Assembly: GCA_964188305.1 (NCBI GenBank) | Contig: OZ076888.1 | Direction: 5' to 3' (one strand) | DNA from: Podarcis bocagei | Taxonomy: Eukaryota | Length of the DNA: 64,000 bases | In this document: positions 11,301-23,300 of the stretch, piece after piece | Position numbering within the stretch: position 1 is the first letter of the stretch | How the letters are laid out: every line of letters starts with the position of its first letter | Translations under genes and position numbers: made by a program | The notes under the pieces: model-generated | Seen by the model: only the letters and a program-made list of their open reading frames with translations | What the model was told of the DNA's origin: nothing | Database searches by the model: none

Positions 11301-14300
11301 AAGGAAGGTCTGAGTGGCAGGTGGAATGACTTGGAGGCCAAAGACTTGCTGGGGGTAGCTTAATTGTTTGGCTTCGGCTGAAGGGGCAAGGGAAGAACCA
11401 ATCTGCACTGGGGGGCGGGGAGAAGTGAGGAGCAGCTTGGCATGTTGGTTTCTGGTGACTGGCAGGATCACCAGAGGGAAGATTTCAATAGCAACACAGC
11501 AAGATACACCTGCACTTCAGTAAATCAGTAAAGGGTTTTTTTTTGGGGGGGTGAGTCCTCTGTTATAGCATTAATGGAACTTAACTGGGATGAAGAGAAT
11601 AAAAGGGCAGTTTTGCTAAACACTTTCATAAGGTAACTAACTGCTTCCTTAAATCTATCTTAATTTAACATTAATAGCTGGATATTGTTGTTGTTGGCAT
11701 CTATCTGTCTCAGGAGACAATGCAGGAGTGCAGCTTTGGGGTGAGGTCAAACTCAAAGTAGCTGGGGATAAGCTGTTGGTATTTAAAGTAACAAGAAAGT
11801 GTATACATTTAAATATACTATACTATCTTAAAGTAATCAGCTTGTGCACTTAATAATCTTGTTGCGAATAAACGTAAATACTTTACATTTAATATCTATA
11901 TCTGATTTGCTTTGTATCATGCCTGTACCCCATAGTCACTGGTTTATTGGTAAGTTAAGAGTTCAGAGGGACGCGGGTGGCGCTGTGGGTTAAACCACAG
12001 AGCCTAGGACTTGCCGATCAGAAGGTCGGCAGTTCGAATCCCCGTGACGGGGTGAGCTCCCGTTGCTTGGTCCCTGCTCCTGCCCACCTAGCAGTTCGAA
12101 AGCACGTCAAAGTGCAAGTAGATAGATAGGTACCACTCCAGCGGGACGGTAAACGGTGTTTCCGTGTGCTGCTCTGGTTCGCCAGAAGCGGCTTAGTCAT
12201 GCTGGCCACATGACCCGGAAGCTGTACGCCGGCTCCCTCGGCCAATAAAGCGAGATGAGCGCCGCAACCCCAGAGTCGGTCATGACTGGACCTAATGGTC
12301 AGGGGTCCCTTTACCTTTACCTTAAGTGTTCAGAAGGAATAAGTGAGACTGAATGCTGTCAGTGGCAAGGGTTTAGGAGAACCACTGGAGTGGGAATTGG
12401 GTTCTGTTATTACAGAGCAAGCAAGTAAAATACCCCATTCCCTCCACAGGTTCAATAAAAATAAATAACTGGCTTGTTTTACTTTACCTCTTCACCTGTC
12501 CCCTGCATAATTTCCAAAGGAATGGCAAAGATTTTATTGTACATTCGGACTGATTTGCTTCTTCCACTTCTGATTTTTACAAGCAAAACTCTGAAATTTG
12601 TTCCCCCAAGATCAAGGGCCAGAAATTTTCCATTTTCTGCAACAGAAAAATCAGCATTTTAATCTGACTGAAGTCTTCCTTCCTAACTGTTGGACAGAAA
12701 GGCTTCTGGAATTTCCAAATCAAACTTACTGGCTCTGAGCTTCTTGTTCAAAAAAATTATAAATCACTTTTCAAACATGTTCACTGCTTTCTGGGGAGCC
12801 TGCGACCTTATCTGTTGTTTTTATTACCTCCTCTCTCTCTCTTTTTAAAAGCTTTTTATTTAATTTTTTGTTACGTACAAGAGCATGTAAACACCGGAAA
12901 AACTAGGTCAGTAACAGAGAAAAATACAGAGTTGTGAAATAAAATAACAGCAAACCAGTGCACCAAACTACAATCTTGTTCCTGGAATATCAGATGGTAT
13001 AACCATAACAAGGAATAAGAAGCTGGGGGGATATGGGAAGGTCCCCTGTCAATATAGTCAAATAAGCGAAATCAATCTGCATCAACCTTCCCCTTCGTTT
13101 TAGATATGCCTTTCTGTGTTCTTACCTGTTCCATCTGGTGTTCCATAAACAAATGTGGGCAGCATTTTCACAGTGGCTGTAGGATGTGTTTCTTTCTTCA
13201 GGCCATACTCCAGTTCTGCCCTCATTCTGTTTTTCACACCTATGAGGTTCTCTTTGGTTATTTTGAAGAGGCTCAAGACCTCGTTGATCTGTCTGCGCTG
13301 AGATAAGAGTCTGCACGCAACAGCAGTTACCATCGCAGCCCCCTTCCCACTGCCACTCTCGGACAGCAGAAATCGAACATCACAGTTGGGCACCAGCCTT
13401 CTGACTACTTTATGGAGACGCTTAGCATACCTAAAGCCAAAAAGGTCTTTTAAATGCTTACAAATATTGTGTGCACAATAAAATACAAGGGAGCACACAC
13501 CATTACACTAAACTGCTTTCTCCCTTATGTCGCTTAGGACTTTCACAGATCAAGGAAATCCTTTTGATTCAAGTCCACACAGTTCATGAGCACAAAACAA
13601 AAGATCTCTGATTAATCAAGTCAAAGGCCTACCTGCTCCCTCCTCTCAGCATCCTGTTTCCCTCATTGGCCAACCAGATGCCAATGGAATAATACTAATA
13701 CTACTAATACTAATACTAATACTACTACTAATAATAATAATTTATTATTTATACCCCGTTCATCTGGCTGGGCTTCCCCAGTCACTCTAGGCGGCTTCCA
13801 AAAAAATATTAAAATACTGTAATACATCAAACATTAAAAGCTTCCCTACACAGGGCTGCCATAAGCAGGGGCAGACTTCCATAATTTTTCAGAAATTTGT
13901 GCCCTGTGTGAGGCCAAAATATGGCACCATCAATGGTTCTTCTCACTTATGGATCATCTCAATTTTGCACCCCCTCAGCTTGGTGGGTGCAAGATCCATG
14001 CCCAAAGCAGGATGTGTGAAGGAAACAGAATCGCAGAGAACTGTTCACAGATTTCCTGGCAATAACCACTGCCAGACCATTCTTCTGAAGTTCCATAAGA
14101 TCTTATTTAGGCTAGTTTTTTGCTGACCAAGCGGTGCCTCTGAGGGCAGTTTTAATCAAGAACCAAGTAGAAAGCTTTGCTAGATCAGAATATCAAACAG
14201 TGGCCAGCCAAATATCTGTGGAAAGCTCATCCGTTAGGCATTAATAGCAATAGCCATTTGCTCAAGTTTGACTACAGCATCTGGTAACCAGAGAAATACT

Positions 14301-17300
14301 GTATCAAGTTGTATCCCTTCTACTGGTGCCCTTCTACTGATAGAAGGTTCTTTGATCCAGCAGATGCTTATGTCACTATAATGGCAAAGGAGGCACATTT
14401 TTGCCAATTCCTCACTGCAGCCTCCACACCATCCTCCATGTTGCTTCTGAAGGGAGAGGAAAATCAACAAAAAAATTGCCCCTCTATCTCCATTCTGCCA
14501 ATGGAAGCCTCCACTAGATCAAAGAGTCTTCCATCAGTAGACAAACATTATGGGATACATTAAAGTTATGTACAGCTATCACAGCCAGTAAGTGTTGACA
14601 GCTCATGAATTTTTCTGACCCTTTTTCAAAGGCAACTTGGCTCATAGTCATCATGATTGCTAGATGACTGCATACCCTTAAATTAATTATCATATGCAGA
14701 TGAGCAATGATAATTTCCCCAGGCATGACCACCCTACCTACTTCAATGTGACTTACTGAGGGTGTATCTTATACAGTGTCCCATCAACTCCCACGGTCGT
14801 TCGGAGCCTTGAAACCTTTTTATTTTCACGGAGGCGTGTGAGTATCGCTGCCAAAGCTGCAGCACAGAGATTTGCTGAGCGAAATGAAACAACAGTGCAG
14901 ACGTGCTGAACGGCAATGCAGTCATCCTCCGATGGAGCCAGGCCCAGTTCCGTCAGAATTTCTTTAGTATTGCTCAAGCCTTCTTTGTACCTAACCCGAA
15001 ACAAAGGAATCAGAAACATGCCTGAGGAAACCACTTCAGCTTTTAGTAGTGAGAGAGAGACAGAGGTGAACCACTTTCTGTATGGAACCAGTAAGCAGGC
15101 CAGAAATTTCTGAAAGTAGGTGGTCATGTGTCCTACTTTGCAGAGGACAGTCCTCTATTTGAAGGCATCTTCTATCAGAAGGGCTATCTGGTCCAAATCG
15201 AATTAAAGATAAAGACTGCATATACACTATACATTTAAAGTGTGTTGCTTCCCCCAAAGAATCCTGGGAGCTGTAGCTTACCCTATATAGAATTACAGTT
15301 CTCAGCACCCTTGACAGACTACAGCTCCCCAAAATTCTTTGGAGGAAGTCATGTGCTTTAAATGTACACAGCCAAGAAACCATAAGAAAAGAGAGCAGAG
15401 GCCTTGCAGTTGCCCACCAGCAGTTTCTACCTGGTCAACAGACCCTTGGCCACCATCTTCCCTACTGTCCTGAGATGTACTATGTTTCTATTTAAATCAT
15501 GGTAATTTCTAAAGGTGCATCTATACATGCCAATTAGTACATGCAGATTACATGCAAAGCTGTGTCCTATTTTTTGCAGCATCATGTACTGCTTTTGTGT
15601 GATTGACTGTCCACTCTATCTGAAATCTCATCGTACCTGGTCTGATCTATGGAGCAAGAAGGAGGAAGAGGCTGCCCTACATAACATCTGCAAGCGTTTG
15701 GCCTCACCAAAGCAGAGTAGCTTTGAAGGCAGAGTAGCTGCCCAAAATCAATGCTTGCACAAATTGTAGAACGGAAGCTGCACTTACAGAAAACTCTCTG
15801 ATGGACAGATTAAAGCCTCTTACTTTTCCATGGCAGCAATGTGTTTTGTCTCAATCTTGCCCTTGGTGCAGAGAGCTGTTGACAACTTCCCGTTGAAAAG
15901 CAAACCTTCCCTTGTCATTTTCAGAAGGATAATTCTTACGAGTTCTCCTAAATACAAACCACTAATCATCTTCTCAAACCTGCAATTCAACAGAAAGCTG
16001 TTGTCAGAAAGCATCAAGGGCATTTCATGCTTTCCAATAAAGAATTACATTTACATTTCTTGGAAGAAATCCAGTAATTTCCCCCCAAAAAAGGAGAAAA
16101 AACTGTTCCCAATGACTCATTTGTAATATTAATCCTCTGTCTGGAAGCGCTCCCTATTAAAATCATTATTGTTATCATGATTACCTATTGCTACTACTGC
16201 TACTAAAAGGTAAAGGTAAAGGTACCCCTGCCCGTACGGGCCAGTCTTGCCAGACTCTAGGGTTGTGCGCTCATCTCACTCTATAGGCCGGGAGCCAGCG
16301 CTGTCCACAGACACTTCCAGGTCACGTGGCCAGCGTGACAAGCTGCATCTGGTGAGCCAGCGCAGCACACGGAGACCCACAAAGGATTGTGGAAAGAAAG
16401 ATGGCAGCAAAGGACTCTTTATTCTTTTATACCCCCCTTCCTCCTCTTTGCAGTTAAGTTACTGCTGGAATGGGGGAAGGACTCAGAAAAAACTCCCAAC
16501 TCAGAACACACACACTGTGCCACACACAATTTATTTAACGTGGGCCATTCAGCACCCTTCTGTGAAAGTACAGTTAGGAATGTGTTTGGGGTCAGAGAGA
16601 AGGGCACTGTCCCCCCGCCTACCCCAAACAATCACTGGAAGGATACTAAACCCCTGGGGATTTAGGATTTAACCAGATTCTTGGCCAAAACATTCCTCCT
16701 AAATAGTATCAATGGTGCTTCACAGTACTTGCCTGCCACTTAATATATTCAATGCTACTTCTGTCCCAGTGTTATTTCATGGTTGTTTTGAGATGGTGCA
16801 CATGCCTAAATAGCTACATTACTAGAAAGATGCCTTATCCCAAGCTGATGACTAAACTTACAATTGTTTTCCAGGATTGAAAGAGCCCAAATCAATCTCC
16901 TTGTCAAACTCTGTCCTGATGTCATCCAGTGATGCGTCATCTCCAAAGGCTCCCCATTCAGTATTAATGCACATCCTTCCTTCATCACCTTCCACTAAGT
17001 CAATATTGCTCATTTCCTCCATGTAGCAAGCATTTGTGCCTGTTCCTGAGTCCAGCGGATTCATTTTGGAGGTTGTTGGGGGAAGGGAAGGGGGGAAGAA
17101 ACACATGGAGATGTGTAGACTTCATAATAATAAAAAAATTGAATTGAATTTTTCTAAGAAAAAATAATTCTTGTGCCTTGTGCAATGCCACATGGGCTCA
17201 ACTGTTCTACACTCCCAGAACACTCACTTTATCTTAAGCCAGATTGGCCCTGCCTCTGGTAAAAAAAAGATATAGAATTACCAATAATGACACCAACTTC

Positions 17301-20300
17301 ACATCGCTGATCATCGTATCCACAGGTCATCATCGTTCCAACTGTGTCATTTACCAAAGCCAGTATATCTACATCAATGTCCTAATGAGGCAAATGCAAC
17401 ATACCAGTAAAGCCCCATACCAGTAATACATATTCAGATTCTTACAATCAATAAGAACCACAGTGTTTTCAAAAACAAAATCAGCTTAATACCTAGGGAT
17501 GGGAACTTCAAAGTGGAGGTGCATATCACCACCACCTAGAAGTTTCAGACAGACAGACCATTATACTCTGATGAAATGCACAAGTTGATCCAAGTCCTTT
17601 CATTTACTTCAAGGAAGGAAAAAGCTCTGACACAACAATTTTGTAGGTTTGAATGGGGCAGTTTCTTTTTCTGCAGAGCGCTACATACGGTATGTGCCAA
17701 TGTCCCAGCTTGTACACCAGAACTGCTAGGAAATGTCAACTTTTTTTTAATGCAATCAGATTATTAAAAACAAATATTAATTCTGAACTTGCCTGGTGTT
17801 TTCTGAGGGCTTTCTGGAGAGATTTCACCACATCTGTCTGCTGAACTCCTCTGGCTTTAAAATGCTTTGTCCAAGAAATCAGTATACCCTTGAAATAAAA
17901 GAAGAAGCAATTATCCATTAACAATGTGTGCAGCATGGCTTAAAGAGTAGCATATAAAGGAGAAAGAGAGAGCCTATTTTTGTGTGCGTGTGTGTGTTAT
18001 TTTTTCTTTCTCTAGTTTATGCATGGGCTGGTGTAACATATTGACTATAATTTACCGGTAGTTCATGATCTAATGTATTGTTTTGCTCTAATTTTAAATA
18101 TTAATAAAAAATTAACAGTGTATAAAACCTTAAAACATTTTTAAAGCATCAAATATTTGACTGGACAGATATGCCAAGAGGCAGAAGTAGTATAAAATCC
18201 ATATATTTTGGGGGAAATACAGAAATTGATTATCTTTGGAGAAATCACTTGAAAAATGTGATGATGATGATGATTATACAGGCCTTCATCCAAATATCTC
18301 AGGGTGGCTCACAGCATAAAAATACAAGATAGAAGCACAAAATACACACTAAAAACTGGAACACATTGAAGAAGGATATAGGGTGTTAATCAGCCAAAGG
18401 CCTAGTTGAAGAGGAATGCTTTCGCCTGGCACCTACAGATGTATAATGAAGGCACCAGGCGAGCCTCCCTTCATCTAAACATTAATCAAAACTGCATACA
18501 AAAAATTGTACATCAGGAGATATATAATGCTGATGAATTTTCGAAAGAATTTAAAAAATGGAAATGAGGAGAACTGACTCGGAAAACAAAAAGCTGAAGG
18601 AAACTGAAATTGACTATCCCTGTCTATCCCTATGCACTTTCAGGTTTTCCCAAGGCAGAAGGACTCATATTTCCTGCTTTCCGAGTCCCATGCAATGACT
18701 TGTCCTAGTATTCTTGTCTCTGCACAACTGCTATTCCCATCACACTCTCAGCCCCTGAGTTTTAGAAGCAAAAATTGTACACCTGTTTTATATACTTAGT
18801 GTCACAACCAGCATATATAATGCACACTTCTGCAAAGCTATATTCTCTGCATAACGAATTCTATACCTTCCAAGCATGGGCAAAGTGGCATTTCAGGAGA
18901 GCCCCTGCTGCTTGCTAATGGCAGCCTCTCAGCTCTGGAGTTCTTGGTTAATAATTTGGGAGAAATTCACCCTGGTTACAAAGCCATAAAGAACATTGGT
19001 CTTACCTCCTCTAATTTTCTCTGTATATAAGGAAAAGATAGGGTAAAGCCAAGAGGAAATTTCTTATGCTTTATATTCTTTGTCTCCATGAAGTCTGCAA
19101 GACAGTCAGCTACATACTGAAACAGCTGCATCAAAATAGGGGGAAGTGTGAGTTATTATATATTACCTAGTAGAATACAATGCAGGCTCTGTATGGCTCA
19201 AATGGAATAGGAGGTAATGCAATGCCTTTAATTAACAATGGTTATATTTTCTATCAATATGATAACAAAAAAGCCTAAGGTACATTATCACAAGGTCAGC
19301 ATAAACGAGGCTGCATTCTGAGTAGGGTTGTCATCTGTCCAGAATTTCTTGGAATATTGCTCTTGGAAGCAGTGTCTGGGCTGAAATCAGCAGAAATGTC
19401 ATATGGCACCACATGTCAGCAATGCCGTTTTTGGCAATTTTACTGAAAAAAAGGCTCAAAAACGTCCATTTTGTTGTTCCAATTTTGCCCAAAAAACTCA
19501 ATAACTTTTGCTTCCAGATTTTCACTTATTGAAATATGGCAACCCTAATTCAGAGGGTACTTTATCTCATCTTCCCAACAGTTCCTTACCTGTCAGTTTT
19601 CATGTTTTGAGTAATCTTTCACACAATGTAAAACCCACTTTTGGAAACCTAGTGGAATCTAGCAGAAGTTTAGCACTCAATTCCCTCTTAATTTTCTCCA
19701 GAAAAATAAAATCTGTTTGCATATTAACTAGGAGAACCTCGGGAAATTTGTGCTCTGTAGCTTCCCTGTTGTTTTCACTGAAACCCATGTGATGAAATTT
19801 GGGACAGTATCCTGGCATACTGTTATTTCCTGCCATTTAAAATTTAGTACATCATGGCAGTATAGTGATCAAAACACAACAGGGTATTGTGTGAAAGGAA
19901 TGTTAGAATTTGGGGTAGAAGTGCTAGCGCTATAACTCATAAAACTAACACAATAATGTGTCTGAATGCAGCCATAGCCTCTGTATCCTATATCTATTAT
20001 CCCCCAGTATCCTATGCATCTATCATCCCAAAATTGTCACTGGCTTGCTAAAGATTAATGCATATTCTCAGCATGTGGCAGCCATGGTTTGGTTGACTTT
20101 TAGTAAGCCATGCTCATTTCCAGATGCAGCTGCCATCTGTTGAGGTGCTCTAAATAACTATTCCCGGAGAAAGTTGTATGCCTTGGGAACTTGCAAATAT
20201 TAAAACTAAAATTGGCTAATATGATCTTTTTATGTCTTAGGATACATTCTTCACAGAGAGCATGTTTCAGAGGAAGATACGCTACTTACATCTGTCCCAC

Positions 20301-23300
20301 TCCCATGGATGATTTCTTTAGGTGTTGGATAGATTTGACTCTCCATTTGAACATTTTGCTTCCCATTTTCAGACACTTTGACCTTTAGGACTCTGAATCG
20401 GGAGCCCCCAAGGTCTAAAGCAAGAAATTCACCCTTTTCTGTAACACAAACAACAGGTAGAAATGATTGGGTCTTCCAAACTTCAGGTAACTCTGCATCA
20501 GAGCCCAAGAGGGTCTCAGTAGAGAGATCAGACATGGGCATTGGTGCCATTCTTACTATATTTTTTAAAAGCCAAATATTCTAGAAACTCAGTTGTACAT
20601 GTGAGGCATATATGGTTCTTAAAAGATTTCTCCAGAAGCATCTCCACCAGGCATCTAGCATTATGCTATGTAGCATACCATGTGTCACAGTAGCGAAATG
20701 GTTCCCCCAAAAGTTACAATTCTCAGCAACTGGCATTCAGAGACATACTGCCTCTGACAGTCCAAAATGCACACAGGCAAAACATTATCAGAGACATAGA
20801 ATCATAGAATTGTAGAGTTGGAAGGGACCCTGGGGATCATCTAGTCCAACCCCCTGCAATGCAGGAATCTCAACATAAAGAACAATTGTATGTTGTCTGG
20901 TTCTTACAGATTGTCTAATGTATTTGTACTATATGGTTGATATTAGAGCAGAGATGGGGAACCAGTGACCCTTCAGATGTTGCTGGACTCCCATCTCCAG
21001 GTTGGCATGCAGCAACCAAAGGCAAGTACCTGTTCCAACACTGGTGCATTGCAATTTCTGCCCAAAATTAGAGGACACAGGATATTGGTTTTCCTTCATT
21101 GTGCCTACTTATACAATCCTGGAATTCATTTCATCTCTTTGAGGGGAGATGGGGAAGATAGGCAGCTTCATTCTCCCCTCACACTGCCTCCTTGTGCTCT
21201 GCTTTTGGCTTGGGGAAATCTCAGCGCCGCTATCATGAACCATCCTCTTAAAATTAGCAAAATAAGAAGAGCCCTGCTGGAGCCCTAAGGTCCATCTGGT
21301 CCAACATCCTCCAACCAGAAGCCCATGAGATGCCTTCAAGCAGGACATGAGTCTCCCCACTTGTGATTAACAGCAACAGGCATCCAGAGGCGTTTTGCCT
21401 TCTGATGCTGGAGACAAATCATAGCCATTGTGGTAGTAGCCATCGATAGCCTCATTGCTATCGTTGATAATGGCAGGAGGAATGCAGAACGGCTGCTTAC
21501 CTGTGCCATCAGGAATGGACCGCACAAAAGTTGGCAGCATTTTTAGTGTGGCTGTTGGATTGGTGTCTCTTGCCAGGCCTTTCACCATCTCTGCCTGGAA
21601 ACGGGCCATCAAATCAAGGAGAACGTCATCAGAGAGACGCATGTGGTACAAGTACCGATCAACCTGGGGCAAGAGGTTCAAGATATTTTTTACTAATTGT
21701 TATTATGAATAAATATGTGTTTATTTCATAAAATTTATACACAGCTTGGTTGTGTGAGTGTGTTTTTTTAAAAAAAGCAACCACATACCTTAAAGCAGTT
21801 TTCCCTTGCAGAAGGGTGGCCTCTTTTTCTTGCACTGACTAGTAGCGACACACATGCAAGAATACATGCACACATCCTATGTACACAGACCTGCAGTTGC
21901 AATCTCATTGGTGTACACACCATCAACAACCCATATCTGCCCAAAGAAGCTTCAAAATACAAGTTGCTACTAGGAACAGAAAGGGCAAGAAATTCCTTGT
22001 GCTAGTTGCCTTTGCTTTGGAAAAGAAAAACCATGAGCCAAGCAAGCTGTGTAAACCCTGCAATATTTTTGTTCAATATAGTGTTACTAGACATTCTTCA
22101 AAGTCCATGTTCCCTGACTTTGCTACCACCCCACACTGTAGCAGTGATGCTTATAAGCTGTTTTTTATATATATTCGCCCACCGCCTGCTTTTAACCCAC
22201 CCACCACCCATGTAGGGCTGCAAAGAAACCCTAGATTTCAAACACATTTTCCTTCCAAAGAGCCAAGCACCAGCTTAGCAACCATTTAAAAGTGCCATCA
22301 CTAAAGCATGTCTAGGGGCTAAGCAGGGAGAGAGGAGGCTTGGTAGCAGTGGCAAACAACAGCAGCAGGAGCACTTATTGGCATCAGTGGCCCCAAGGTG
22401 GGATCACACTGAAGTTTGGTACTGGCCCTGCACCTCCTTGACAATATGTTTTTCTTTCTCTATTCCTCACTCTTATTTTTGTTATGCATCACATTTTTTA
22501 TTATCTTGGAAACTTACTTCTTCATGACTGTTCAATTGGTCCTAATGGAGGTTATTGCCCTCATGTCGTTCCCCCCATTTATGGATTGACTGAGCTATCT
22601 TGTCACTTTTATCTGTGTCAACAGTAATCCTGCTTCCCACTTTACTGAGTTGTTGACATCCAACCTCTTGGGTAAATAACCAGGCCAATCCAATGAACAG
22701 AGGTCAGATCAGGGAGAATGCTTTGTCTTCCCTTCCTCCCTTCAACCAGCCTCCCAAATTCATTTCTAAATATTTATTCAGAAAATCCAGTTCTTATTGG
22801 GAGGCATGGCAGTGGGGAGGGAGATCCAATGAAGAATCTTAGAAACATTTTCCTCTTAGCAGCAGAGGATTAGCACTGACAAAACAGCTATGCTAACCAT
22901 GGAAATTACAGAGCGCGTTACTGGCATCCGTCTGTCTCAGGAGACAATGGAGAAGTGTACCTTTGGGAGTGAAGTCAAACTGTTGGAAGGTTGCACCTCT
23001 AGAAAAAGAGGTTCCGGAACCCATCATGAACTTCTCCTTTTTTCTCTTATAATGGCAATGGCGCCCACCTGAGAAGCGCAGGAACTGAGTTCTGGACAGT
23101 TCCAGCTGGGGAAAAAGTCCTGCCCACGGGGAATTAAAATGGGAACACGTGATAAACCTAGAAGACTGTGGGACTGTCTACACAACAGGGATGGTGAGGT
23201 GTTATGGTAGCAAAGTGAAAATAAGCCACTGAGACATGATTTAGCCAAATTTAAGGACGTTGTTGATGCTGTCTGATTCAAGAGAGGTTGGCACAGACTT

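Noticed and set aside
12018-12245. ORFs within SINEs (also 8852-9184, 16247-16672, 24236-24529, 35055-35297)
   Set aside because: Chance frames in non-coding SINE sequence.
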